Shown: in pieces, positions 1-9,131 of the stretch
How positions within the stretch are numbered: position 1 is the stretch's first letter
Layout: every line of letters starts with the position of its first letter
IMG/VR virus record: IMGVR_UViG_3300002461_000499
Length of the DNA: 64,000 nt
Origin: an uncultured virus (IMG/VR IMGVR_UViG_3300002461_000499)
Lineage: Duplodnaviria; Heunggongvirae; Uroviricota; Caudoviricetes
Reading direction: 5' to 3' (one strand)
The notes under the pieces: generated by a model
Told to the model about the DNA's origin: nothing
Database searches by the model: none
What the model saw: the letters and a program-made list of their open reading frames with translations, nothing else
Position numbers and translations under genes: made by a program

Positions 1-318
1 CCCCCCCAACTTACAACGCGCGGCTGGTTTGAAAACTGGCTTTATCAGCACGGAATATTTGAAACGCAAGCCGCCGCAATTATGGATTACGTCATTCCGA
101 AAGTTGACGCGCAACTCGAAGCGGCCGCGCAACCCGGCGACACGGGATATAAAATCACCTGGAACCGTCCGGCCAGTGAATACCCTGAATCATTTTACGG
201 GGTAATGATATTCACGCAAAAGATCAAGCAACACGTTTACGACTGGGCCGAACAGAACATGCCGCTTGCATTCTGGAAACCGATGTTCGATCCGAATTTT
301 AAAGTACCTGGACAATGA
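1..318 (+). CDS. Hypothetical protein (5' truncated by window edge)
   Basis: Frame of ORF 82..318 is open back to position 1 (PPQLTTRGWFENWLYQ...); ATGA overlap with next gene. Confidence 0.6.
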   Translation, partial: PPQLTTRGWFENWLYQHGIFETQAAAIMDYVIPKVDAQLEAAAQPGDTGYKITWNRPASEYPESFYGVMIFTQKIKQHVYDWAEQNMPLAFWKPMFDPNFKVPGQ

Positions 319-917
319 AAAAACGCACGATCAAAACCGCCCTTGCTGACCTCAAATTCGAGCAAGTACCGAACAGCGACGTTCCGCTGTTCGGCTTATG
401 GGTCAAACAATACCCCGTCATTTCAACCGCCGTTTATTTCAATCACTCGACCGGTCAACTGTTTTCGATAAAGTTCGCGAACGATTTTGAAATGTTTGAA
501 CGGGTTTTCGATGCCGAGCCGAAAGGGCTGTTCACGCATATTCAAAAGACCGACCTTTTGAAATCGGTCAACCTTCAACAGATTGTCACGGCTGACGAAC
601 TCGATCAAGCAATGATCTTTTTTGAATTCCGCTTTGAAACTGACATGATCGAAAGGTCGTCGAAAAACCCTTATTTGTCCGGCGACCGCGTCGTTTGCTG
701 CAAAGGATCAAAAGGGTTCTTTGTCGGCATTGTGATCGGCAGTACGTCCGGCGGCGTCCTTGTCAAAACCGAATCGGGGAACGTGACGGTCAAACTGAAA
801 AACATGGCCGCCGTCACGAGCGAAATTTTAATGACGAACGCCGGGGTCGTGTTCGCTGAACATCAACGATTGATAACATCGGCAAAACTGAAAAGTATTG
901 TCACAGTCCCTTTTTGA
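315..917 (+). CDS. Hypothetical protein
   Basis: 200 aa ORF overlapping both neighbours by 4 nt. Confidence 0.65.
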   Translation: MKKRTIKTALADLKFEQVPNSDVPLFGLWVKQYPVISTAVYFNHSTGQLFSIKFANDFEMFERVFDAEPKGLFTHIQKTDLLKSVNLQQIVTADELDQAMIFFEFRFETDMIERSSKNPYLSGDRVVCCKGSKGFFVGIVIGSTSGGVLVKTESGNVTVKLKNMAAVTSEILMTNAGVVFAEHQRLITSAKLKSIVTVPF

Positions 918-2740
918 AAATGGAAAACGTCGTCAAATTTATAAACAAGTATTATCAATTCGATTTTGATAAAACGATCAGCAGGAAATCTTTTTCGGGC
1001 ACCTTGCAGGATTTCGCGCGTTTGTACGATCAAGACAAGGCACTCGTGCAAATGAAACTCGCAGTCGACGCCGGGTATTTGGAAGTTGTTGCAATCAAGG
1101 CAAAGCGGTTCCTTTATGAAATCGCAAGTCAACAGGTAAGTTCGCCGGTCAAAAAAATTCTTGATAAAGAATTGACACGGCGGCAACTATCGGCCCGGAT
1201 AAATCGACTGCTGAAAATGCACGAGGAAACCGACGCCGTCATCAACGCGTCGGCGCTTACAAACGAAGAATTATTAAGTTATGAAGCGGCTTTCGACGAT
1301 GTCATCGCGGGAACGACGACCTTTTTCCAATTCACGCCGGGGCAATTCACGTACGACACAAAACTTTTGACGCACAAAGCAATCGTCGTCAGTTCGACAA
1401 ATCGAAACATCATTGATTCATTGCCGGAAACGGCGCCCGGTGAAACAATGTGTTATGTCGTTTTCAAGATCGAACCTGAATTGGCGTACAGCCATTTTAT
1501 TTTTGCATTCGTCAGCGGATCGACGAAAATAATTGCGACCGACAAAATGCTGTTTGCAACCCCGAACATTGCCGAGCGTTCCCGCAACCCCTGGCGGCGT
1601 GCCGAAAAAAAATTCGATACCGGTATGCCTTACGCTGAACTGTTGAATCTTGTTGAAAATTCGACGGCGGTTGTTTCGACTGCTGGTCAGTTTTACGACA
1701 TTTTCAAAATCGAAGATTGCAAAGATGGCGGCGTATATGTTCGCAGTTTTGCGCAAATGATTTATCGCGTTCTTGTTTCAAGCGAAATCAAAAATGTAAC
1801 CTGGTCAACGGACATCAAAACAAAATTGATCGGATCAGGTGAAAGCCCGGCCGATGCACCTGAACAGGATACGTTGACCGGATGGGGCATTGCATCGAAA
1901 AAACGTTTCGAGGAAATAATCGAAGCGAACGAAACCGTCCGGCATTTGCCCGCCATTGTTTCTTACAATATCGACGCCGTACGTGACGACGATTGGTTCG
2001 ATACACCCGAGAACCTTAAACGTCGCGCCGTTTATATGGCCCTGGAAGAAAGTCGAATCGCGATTCAAAGTTCGTTGCCTCGTGCGGAAAGGATCAAAGA
2101 AGATTTAAACGATTTTGCCGTTCAGCGGGCCGAATTCATCCGGGAACGTTTGTTGTCGGCACAAAAAATTTACTGGGTGCAAGATGACTATTCAACGAAC
2201 AATGAGGCGGGCAATCATTTCAATTTGAAACAGGGCAAAAGTCGGCACGTCTTTACTTTATCCGAACTTTCAGAAAGGAAAGATTTATGGCCTGATATGG
2301 ACGTTTCAATTTATCAGGGCAGCCGGTACGACCGTGAATGTATTTGCCCGATCACCGGGGCGAAAGCAAATGTCAAGATCGTCGCGACGTTGAAATCTTC
2401 CGACGCAATTGCCTGGCTTTTCGGCGTTGAAAAATCTGAACTTCCGCAATTCTGGAAAGCGTACAAACATCATTCTTTGTTGCCGTACACGGGAAATTCG
2501 ATCCTTGACAGTGTTCACCCTCACGCGCTTGTTTACGACCTTGCAAGCGAACGTTATCCGAACGGCGTGAACCTCGTGTTCTACCTGTCAAAATCCGGTT
2601 ACAAAAAGATTATGAAGGACAAGCCCGACGCGAATACTGTTGTTTACGATGCGGACACGAAACAAACCTTTGTCATGGAAAATCAAGCGGTCGAAAGATC
2701 GGATCAACACGGGGCCGTAATAAACTTTTTTAAAGGATGA
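914..2740 (+). CDS. Hypothetical protein (608 aa)
   Basis: Long ORF coupled to neighbours; no motif recognised. Confidence 0.75.
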   Translation: MKMENVVKFINKYYQFDFDKTISRKSFSGTLQDFARLYDQDKALVQMKLAVDAGYLEVVAIKAKRFLYEIASQQVSSPVKKILDKELTRRQLSARINRLLKMHEETDAVINASALTNEELLSYEAAFDDVIAGTTTFFQFTPGQFTYDTKLLTHKAIVVSSTNRNIIDSLPETAPGETMCYVVFKIEPELAYSHFIFAFVSGSTKIIATDKMLFATPNIAERSRNPWRRAEKKFDTGMPYAELLNLVENSTAVVSTAGQFYDIFKIEDCKDGGVYVRSFAQMIYRVLVSSEIKNVTWSTDIKTKLIGSGESPADAPEQDTLTGWGIASKKRFEEIIEANETVRHLPAIVSYNIDAVRDDDWFDTPENLKRRAVYMALEESRIAIQSSLPRAERIKEDLNDFAVQRAEFIRERLLSAQKIYWVQDDYSTNNEAGNHFNLKQGKSRHVFTLSELSERKDLWPDMDVSIYQGSRYDRECICPITGAKANVKIVATLKSSDAIAWLFGVEKSELPQFWKAYKHHSLLPYTGNSILDSVHPHALVYDLASERYPNGVNLVFYLSKSGYKKIMKDKPDANTVVYDADTKQTFVMENQAVERSDQHGAVINFFKG

Positions 2741-3354
2741 AAACGGCGTTTTGTCTTTTCGAGGAAAGCGGCGTTTTTGCAAATTTATTGCGCAATGCCG
2801 GTTTTAATGTTGTCGCTGTTGATTTGCGTCTTGATCCACCGGTCGACATCTTTAAATTCAAGTACAAAGAATATGAAAATGTTCAATGGGTTATATCACA
2901 TCCGCCGTGTACTGAATTTGCCGTCAGCGGTACGCGGTGGTGGAAATCGAAACCGCCTGAACTTCTTGACCTTGGTATTCGGCTTGTGGAAACTACTTTA
3001 AAAATAATTGATTATCACAAACCTGAAACGTTCTTTTTGGAAAATCCGGTCGGTCGCATTGAATCATGTGTTCCAACATTGAAAAGCATGTTTAAATGGG
3101 CTTTCGATCCTTGTGAATTTGCTTTGTATGCTGACGACCCGGAATCGGAAGCATATACGAAAAAGACAATTCTTTGGGGAGATTTTACCCCCCCCCATCC
3201 ACGATCAATTTTTCCGGCGCTTGGCAGTAAAATGCACCTTTTACCACCAAGTCCAGAACGGGCGGCGCTTCGCTCAAAAACCCCGGAAGGGTTCGCCCGT
3301 GCGTTTGTTCAGTATAATTTGAAAAGAGATCGTCAATTAAAACTCAATTTTTAA
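2737..3354 (+). CDS. Phage DNA cytosine-C5 methyltransferase (short Dcm-like)
   Basis: Motif I-like LFEESG, catalytic HPPCTEFAVSG, motif VI LENPVG, YTKKTILWG, RSKTPEGFA. Confidence 0.8.
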   Translation: MKTAFCLFEESGVFANLLRNAGFNVVAVDLRLDPPVDIFKFKYKEYENVQWVISHPPCTEFAVSGTRWWKSKPPELLDLGIRLVETTLKIIDYHKPETFFLENPVGRIESCVPTLKSMFKWAFDPCEFALYADDPESEAYTKKTILWGDFTPPHPRSIFPALGSKMHLLPPSPERAALRSKTPEGFARAFVQYNLKRDRQLKLNF

Positions 3355-3361
3355 AAAATGT

Positions 3362-3772
3362 ATGGTAACAGGATTTGAAGAATACACGAAACCCCTGACG
3401 GATGACGAAAAGATTCTCGCTGTTCACCTTATGAAAGGCTTTGAACGTCGGACGATCAAGAACCCGATTGTTTCCCGTGACATCATGGCCGGCGTGAACG
3501 TTCGCCTTGCTGATTACGGCGTCAAATCAAAATTAACCGAGGCGCGATTGCGTAAAATTGTCAATCATATTCGGGCGCATTCTTTACAGCCGCTTATGGG
3601 CACAACGCGCGGTTACTATTTGAGCGACGACCCGGTCGAGATCAGGCGACAAATTCAGTCGTTGAAAGATCGTTCCGATGCGATATTGCACGCCGCGCGT
3701 GGCCTGGAAGAATTTTTAAATCCGAAATCACCGGCGGTCGCTGAACCGCCGAAAACGCTATTCGATCAATGA
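3362..3772 (+). CDS. Putative winged-helix DNA-binding protein
   Basis: EARLRKIVNHIR...TRGYY followed by a helical tail, typical of small phage wHTH proteins. Confidence 0.55.
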   Translation: MVTGFEEYTKPLTDDEKILAVHLMKGFERRTIKNPIVSRDIMAGVNVRLADYGVKSKLTEARLRKIVNHIRAHSLQPLMGTTRGYYLSDDPVEIRRQIQSLKDRSDAILHAARGLEEFLNPKSPAVAEPPKTLFDQ

Positions 3773-4038
3773 AAAACGACAAAAGCATTTACATCAAAGC
3801 ATTGTGTAAGTTTTGGAAAAAGAAACTGAAACACATTAAAAAGCCGCGCATTCGGAAACGGAAAATTGTTCAACAGTACGCATTTGCAACGGCTGTTCAT
3901 TACGGGCGAATGAGCGCAAAAACCGCGCAAATTTCAGGATTTTCGGAAGTTATGGAGCAACTTAAAATCCGGCTTGAAAATGAATTGAAGTCGCAAGGGC
4001 ACGAATTAATGTACACCGTTTACGACGATCTATTATGA
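3769..4038 (+). CDS. Hypothetical basic protein
   Basis: ATGA-coupled ORF. Confidence 0.55.
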   Translation: MKNDKSIYIKALCKFWKKKLKHIKKPRIRKRKIVQQYAFATAVHYGRMSAKTAQISGFSEVMEQLKIRLENELKSQGHELMYTVYDDLL

Positions 4039-4238
4039 AAAACAAGGGCCGAATACATAAAGCAAACAGCGGAAATTGTAAAGGTTTCCTTACTGGAATA
4101 ACAAGGGATGTCCGCAAAATGGGCCGGACGCCAAAAACTCACTACCCGCGCGGCGTTTCCAGAAACTTTATAAAAAAGGCTTGGTCAAAAAGGGTTCGCG
4201 GTTATTTCAAATCACAGACAAAAGACATTTTTCAATGA
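4035..4238 (+). CDS. Hypothetical basic protein
   Basis: ATGA-coupled ORF. Confidence 0.5.
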   Translation: MKNKGRIHKANSGNCKGFLTGITRDVRKMGRTPKTHYPRGVSRNFIKKAWSKRVRGYFKSQTKDIFQ

Positions 4239-4720
4239 AATTATTCTTTCACCCGTTTTTGATGGAATCAATCGTTCCCGAGGAACCCGTCAGAATGTCC
4301 CGCTTGAACTGGGTCGTCCTGAACGATGAATGCAAGATCGTTCGCGGGTACTCATTCAACATCGACCCGACCGACTGGGGCATGACTGAACAGGGCGCCG
4401 TCAATCAGACAGGCGATTCTTTTGACCGTATCGCTACAATCGGGCACCCGGTCGCGACTGTCCTGCAAAAGTTCATCGACGACCATGACGCGTGCGATAC
4501 CGTGTTTTGTGTTGACTGTGATGCGGCGTTCGCAATTCTCATTTATGAGGCAAAGCGGGCGGGATTGCGGGCGAACAGGCCGATCACTGATCGGCGGTCG
4601 ATGAAAGAATTCACCGACAAGTTACCGGACATGAAAAACGGTATGCAGCCGCTTGTCGATTTCTTTATTCGGAAATGCCCGAATGAATTCTTTGAATTCA
4701 CCCCTGTCAGTGAATTATGA
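4235..4720 (+). CDS. DnaQ/DEDDh exonuclease-like protein, catalytic residues apparently lost
   Basis: Pattern MKLFF...RMSRLNWVVLND...SFNIDP...GHPVATVLQKFIDD...DTVFC follows the DEDDh scaffold but lacks DxETTG and HNxxFD; start at ATG 4235 (ATGA overlap). Confidence 0.5.
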   Translation: MKLFFHPFLMESIVPEEPVRMSRLNWVVLNDECKIVRGYSFNIDPTDWGMTEQGAVNQTGDSFDRIATIGHPVATVLQKFIDDHDACDTVFCVDCDAAFAILIYEAKRAGLRANRPITDRRSMKEFTDKLPDMKNGMQPLVDFFIRKCPNEFFEFTPVSEL

Positions 4721-4932
4721 CAATCGAGGAATTTTTCGGGGATCGTGCATTCGACGTTTTTCAGGGGCACGCGTTCGCTGATACTTTTGTCGTCGCGTAC
4801 GCTGAACCGCCCCGAATTTATGTTTCCGCCGGGTTGATAAAGTACATCACGACGGAAGTGAAAGCGGGCGGGGAAATCGAATTCATTCGCAATCTTAAAA
4901 TATCAAAAGCATTCAAAAAAACGCCGTTATGA
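4717..4932 (+). CDS. Hypothetical protein
   Basis: ATGA-coupled ORF. Confidence 0.5.
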   Translation: MTIEEFFGDRAFDVFQGHAFADTFVVAYAEPPRIYVSAGLIKYITTEVKAGGEIEFIRNLKISKAFKKTPL

Positions 4933-5414
4933 TAACAACAGCCGAGGAATTTAAAAAACTTGATTCGCGTACGCGATGGAAAATAGCTCAGGAAATAAAC
5001 GGCTTTGTCACCTGGCATTGTGAATGTTGCGAAGCGATTGTCGACGACGGCGTCATGCCTCGTCGTGTGATGGATGGTTCAGTTCATTGCGGTAATTGTA
5101 ACGCAGTTTTAACCGAGCGGACAGGCGGCGGGCAATTTGACCCTTTCAATTTCACATTCAGGGTCGGCGGTTTGAAGCCGGAATCGCTGGAAAATCGCGT
5201 CGTCATTCAGGATTTAACCGCGCGGAATCAAGGTGTTCCCGAACGCACATTGGCCGATAATTCGCAAATCAGATTTGAGATAAAAGGCGTTCATTTCATT
5301 GTCGCAATTGACCCTGTTCGTGAATGCCTTGTCGTTCAAAAAAAGCCGAAAGACTTTAATCTCGATACGATTGTGATAAACCCGATTCATCAAAATGCAA
5401 TTTTACTGAAATGA
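4929..5414 (+). CDS. Hypothetical protein with CxxC-CxxC zinc ribbon
   Basis: HCECCE...HCGNC; C-terminal domain similar to the next ORF. Confidence 0.6.
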   Translation: MITTAEEFKKLDSRTRWKIAQEINGFVTWHCECCEAIVDDGVMPRRVMDGSVHCGNCNAVLTERTGGGQFDPFNFTFRVGGLKPESLENRVVIQDLTARNQGVPERTLADNSQIRFEIKGVHFIVAIDPVRECLVVQKKPKDFNLDTIVINPIHQNAILLK

Positions 5415-5653
5415 AGAAAGTTTCAATTGTTGATAAAAAAGGCGTAGTTGTAATAATGGAACCGGCCGATTCTGGCGAACTTGAATTGGATGAAACCGAT
5501 TCAGTACGTTTTGAAATCGACGGGCTTTTTTTTGATGTCAGAATCGACCGGCGCCTCAAACTTTTAATGATTCAGAAACACAACGCGCCCGGCGAAACTG
5601 TGACGCCGATACTGATTCAGCCGATTGATAATACAACTTTATTACTGACATGA
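5411..5653 (+). CDS. Hypothetical protein, paralogue of the C-terminus of 4929..5414
   Basis: VRFEIDGLFFDVRID..LMIQK vs IRFEIKGVHFIVAID..LVVQK. Confidence 0.6.
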   Translation: MKKVSIVDKKGVVVIMEPADSGELELDETDSVRFEIDGLFFDVRIDRRLKLLMIQKHNAPGETVTPILIQPIDNTTLLLT

Positions 5654-5970
5654 ACAAAACGCAGATTGACAGGGCGCAACGACAGGCGTTGAAATATCGG
5701 CGGATGTTGGAAGAAAGGCGCGGTGGTAACTTCGATTACTGGTCGGACAAGTTCGACGACATGATCGAAAATAAAGGATGGAACCTTGCGTCGATTACGA
5801 CTACCCGAGGCGAACAACTGTCGATTTATTCGTCTGAAATTGCAAAAGAAAAAGTCAATCAATTGCGGGCCGCTGGAAACTTCGCCCGCGTCGTGTGCGG
5901 CTACGAACGCAACGTTCAGCGTCGAAAAACATATTCTGTTATCTATAAACCGAGGGCAAAAAAGGCATGA
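5650..5970 (+). CDS. Hypothetical protein
   Basis: ATGA-coupled ORF. Confidence 0.6.
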   Translation: MNKTQIDRAQRQALKYRRMLEERRGGNFDYWSDKFDDMIENKGWNLASITTTRGEQLSIYSSEIAKEKVNQLRAAGNFARVVCGYERNVQRRKTYSVIYKPRAKKA

Positions 5971-6419
5971 AAATTTACCTGGATTTTGACGGCACGGTCG
6001 TCGAACACTTTTACCCGCAAATGGGCCGCGTGAATTTCGGTTGCCTGGAAGTGATCCGGCGTTTGCAGGATGCCGGGCACGAAATTATTTTGAACACGTA
6101 CCGGGTCGAGTTCAAAAACGGCACCCTGGCGGCGTCACTGGAATTTCTGAACACGCACGCCTGGGCCTATCTGAAACCCGACACGCCGAAAGATTTTTAC
6201 CCGCATCCGATAGAAAAGCACACCGAAACAAAGTTGCACCCCTGGCCCTGGGATTGGGACGTCATGCACATGGAAGGTATCATAATGATCGACGACGTCG
6301 CTGCCGGTATTCCGCTGAAACCTGCCGTCATGTTGCCCGGTCAAATGGTCGACTGGGATGTCCTGAACCTTGAATTCGATGCACACGGCATTTATTCACT
6401 TGTAAAAAATGAGCAATGA
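5967..6419 (+). CDS. HAD-superfamily hydrolase
   Basis: Motif I YLDFDGTVV, motif II ILNTYR, motif IV MIDD. Confidence 0.8.
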   Translation: MKIYLDFDGTVVEHFYPQMGRVNFGCLEVIRRLQDAGHEIILNTYRVEFKNGTLAASLEFLNTHAWAYLKPDTPKDFYPHPIEKHTETKLHPWPWDWDVMHMEGIIMIDDVAAGIPLKPAVMLPGQMVDWDVLNLEFDAHGIYSLVKNEQ

Positions 6420-6712
6420 AAAAGTTTGAATTTGTAATTGAATTTCAATTGCCCGGCGGCGGTAAAATGAAAGTCAACCTCGAAGCCGACAGCCCCGACG
6501 ATGCCCTCGACGAGCTGTTCAAGGCGATACGGGCAAAGACAAAGATTCACGCCGTCGACAAGCCCTTGACCGAACGGAACAAGCGTGCCGACGATCAGGA
6601 ATCAGCCGAGGAATTGATCGACACGGTTTTCGGAAAAATGCGCGTCAATCGAAAGGGCAAAGGCAGCGACATCATTGACGACCTATTGAATCAATTCAAA
6701 AACGGAAAATGA
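6416..6712 (+). CDS. Hypothetical protein
   Basis: ATGA-coupled ORF. Confidence 0.6.
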   Translation: MKKFEFVIEFQLPGGGKMKVNLEADSPDDALDELFKAIRAKTKIHAVDKPLTERNKRADDQESAEELIDTVFGKMRVNRKGKGSDIIDDLLNQFKNGK

Positions 6713-7101
6713 GAACACGCGCCCAGTACAAAGCATTCAAGGAATCGCGGCCGTTTGCCCGGATTAAAATTCGCATCCGCAATCCGTCGAAACAAACGAT
6801 CAAACGGATAATGCGCCGGGCCTGGGCCGCACATTATTCTGATTCGTGGCAATGGAACCCGAAAGACGAGAACAGTTACTTTCTTTTCAACTGGGTCGGC
6901 GCCCGGCTTTACACGATGTCGAAGGGCCGAATTTGCAACCGCGAACCCCGAGGGTACGGTTTTTTGAGGGATGAAAAGCATTGGAAGCGGTACAAGATCG
7001 TTACCGAGGTCGAAGCCGTCACCGATCATTCTTTTGCCTTTCAGGTCGCAAAGGATAATTTCAGGGCAAGTCGTTTCAGGGCACGAATTTTGTCACGTTG
7101 A
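6709..7101 (+). CDS. Hypothetical basic protein
   Basis: ATGA-coupled ORF. Confidence 0.55.
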   Translation: MRTRAQYKAFKESRPFARIKIRIRNPSKQTIKRIMRRAWAAHYSDSWQWNPKDENSYFLFNWVGARLYTMSKGRICNREPRGYGFLRDEKHWKRYKIVTEVEAVTDHSFAFQVAKDNFRASRFRARILSR

Positions 7102-7145
7102 AAAATTATCCTTATTTTGTGGTGTAAAACAAAACAAGATTGCAC

Positions 7146-7490
7146 ATGAACCTTTTTTTCTGGCGAAGGCCAAAACCGATTTTTGTCATCGGATTGCCTA
7201 CCGATGTAACTGAATACGACGACATGATGACAAGAATGGCGAAATATGATGCACACGATAAGGCAATTCATATTTTGAAAGACAACGAACAAAAGTTTCA
7301 CGGGCAAGATTATCATGTACTTGTTTATACTACGACATTGCCTGAACCAACTTTTCAAGTTTTCCATGAAAAGGATTTCAAGAAAGGCGAATTTGAGGCA
7401 TTACAAGCGATTGTCGATAATGCGGTTCAGCAACAGCGAATTTTTATAGAAGAAATGCGTGAAAAATACCTGAACGATGGCAACAGTTAA
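7146..7490 (+). CDS. Hypothetical protein
   Basis: ORF from ATG 7146 after an A-rich leader. Confidence 0.6.
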   Translation: MNLFFWRRPKPIFVIGLPTDVTEYDDMMTRMAKYDAHDKAIHILKDNEQKFHGQDYHVLVYTTTLPEPTFQVFHEKDFKKGEFEALQAIVDNAVQQQRIFIEEMREKYLNDGNS

Positions 7491-8055
7491 GAAAGGAAAT
7501 ATCACCGACATCGTTTTCGACGATCACAATGCGAACGAAGGCACCGAACGCGGTCAACAACTGATCGAGCAATCAATCGGCAGCCTGGGCCTGGGTCGTT
7601 CCGTCGTCGTCGACAAGAACAACAAGTTAATTGCAGGTAACAAGACGACAACCGGTGCGATTGACAACGGCGTCGACAAGGTCATTTTTGTCGATACGAC
7701 CGGGGATGAACTTGTCGTCGTCCGCCGAACCGATCTTGACCTCGACGACAACGACGATCAGCGGGCGCGGGCGCTTGCCCTTGCTGACAACTACACGGCA
7801 GCCGAAAATTTGAAATGGAACCCGAGCGAAATGTCGATTCACTTCGACGCCGTTATCGCGATGGATATGCCCGATTTTAAATTCGACCTGAAAGTCGACG
7901 ACCCCGGAAACAAGAAAGGCAAACACGACGACCTTTCGGGCAACCTGGAAACACTCTACAAAATCGAAATCGAGTTCGACGACGAAACAGCACAGCGCGA
8001 AGCGTACGAAAAACTTGAACAAATGGGTTATGTATGCCGAATTTTGACATTATAA
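7477..8055 (+). CDS. ParB/Srx-like N-terminal domain protein
   Basis: DDHNAN...IEQSI..LGLGRSVVVDKNNKLIAGNKT...ALALADN. Confidence 0.75.
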   Translation: MATVKKGNITDIVFDDHNANEGTERGQQLIEQSIGSLGLGRSVVVDKNNKLIAGNKTTTGAIDNGVDKVIFVDTTGDELVVVRRTDLDLDDNDDQRARALALADNYTAAENLKWNPSEMSIHFDAVIAMDMPDFKFDLKVDDPGNKKGKHDDLSGNLETLYKIEIEFDDETAQREAYEKLEQMGYVCRILTL

Positions 8056-8729
8056 AAACCGTCAACGTCGCATCGACTTTCCGTAACGCTTCCGTGATCG
8101 GTATGTTCGACCTGAAACCCGATGCGCAAACAGAAAGGTTCGCCGGATCGTTTGAATTCCCCGAGGGCTGGCAAATCGGCGTCATCGTCGGCAATTCCGG
8201 CACTGGCAAGTCAACAATTGCGAAAGAACTGTTCGGGGCGAATTTCATCGAAGGCGGCGGGCAAATCCCGAAAGATGTTTCTATCGTTGATGCGATGCCC
8301 GTCGGCGCCGGTATGCAGGAAATAACAGCGACGTTCAATGCGGTCGGGTTCTCGTCGCCGCCGTCCTGGCTCAAACCCTACGACGTGCTGTCGAACGGCC
8401 AGAAAATGCGGGCCGACCTTGCTTTTCATATCCTGGAAGAAAGACCGCTGATTGCCTTCGACGAATTCACATCCGTCGTCGACCGTACTGTCGCACAGAT
8501 CGGATCGTTCGCCGTGCAAAAGGCAATCCGCCGGACGAAAAAGCAATTCGTCGCCGTGACCTGTCATTTCGACGTCATCCCCTGGCTTATGCCCGACTGG
8601 GTGTTCGACACGAACGACATGACTTTCCGCGTTATGTCCGAAAAAAAAAACGACCCGACATTCGCGTCGACATATTCCAAACAAAAGATAAATCAGTCTG
8701 GAAGGTGTTTGCAAAGCACCATTATTTGA
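8034..8729 (+). CDS. ABC-type ATPase (N-terminal half of a probable ATPase-GNAT fusion)
   Basis: Walker A GNSGTGKST, signature LSNGQKMR, Walker B IAFDEFTSVVD, H-loop VTCH; no transmembrane partner. Confidence 0.88.
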   Translation: MPNFDIIKTVNVASTFRNASVIGMFDLKPDAQTERFAGSFEFPEGWQIGVIVGNSGTGKSTIAKELFGANFIEGGGQIPKDVSIVDAMPVGAGMQEITATFNAVGFSSPPSWLKPYDVLSNGQKMRADLAFHILEERPLIAFDEFTSVVDRTVAQIGSFAVQKAIRRTKKQFVAVTCHFDVIPWLMPDWVFDTNDMTFRVMSEKKNDPTFASTYSKQKINQSGRCLQSTII

Positions 8730-9121
8730 ATCACAGTTTCAATAAATCCGCTGATACATTCGTCATGTACGCAAACGGGGAATTGTGCGGATTTACTTCG
8801 ACCCTTACTTTCGTACATCCAAAAGTCAAAAACACGAAACAGGGGCACCGTACCGTTATCCTGCCGGATTTTCAAGGCGTCGGCCTGGGCGTTTACTTGC
8901 GTGACTTCATTGCCGAGCATTACCGACAGAACGGGTTTTCATACATCACAACGACGTCGAACCCCGCCCTTGTTCATTCGATGAAAAATTCCCCGAAATG
9001 GATATGCACCCGATACGGGCGGACGGTCGCGGTCGCCGGGGCGCAAAAGGGAATCGGGAGTTTAAAGAAAACTATATCGGGCGGCGCAAGGATCACAACG
9101 TCATGGCGTTACATAGGTTAA
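8642..9121 (+). CDS. GNAT (Mom-like) acetyltransferase domain, probably reached by -1 recoding at the A10 run
   Basis: -1 frame reads KKKRPDIRVDIF..WKVFAKHHYL...RTVILPDFQGVGLG (acetyl-CoA motif A Q-G-x-G) ..TSNPAL. Confidence 0.75.
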   Translation, partial: KKKRPDIRVDIFQTKDKSVWKVFAKHHYLNHSFNKSADTFVMYANGELCGFTSTLTFVHPKVKNTKQGHRTVILPDFQGVGLGVYLRDFIAEHYRQNGFSYITTTSNPALVHSMKNSPKWICTRYGRTVAVAGAQKGIGSLKKTISGGARITTSWRYIG

Positions 9122-9131
9122 AATAATTAAT

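Noticed and set aside
8034..8729. ABC transporter
   Set aside because: No permease or binding protein nearby; context indicates a soluble ATPase linked to a GNAT
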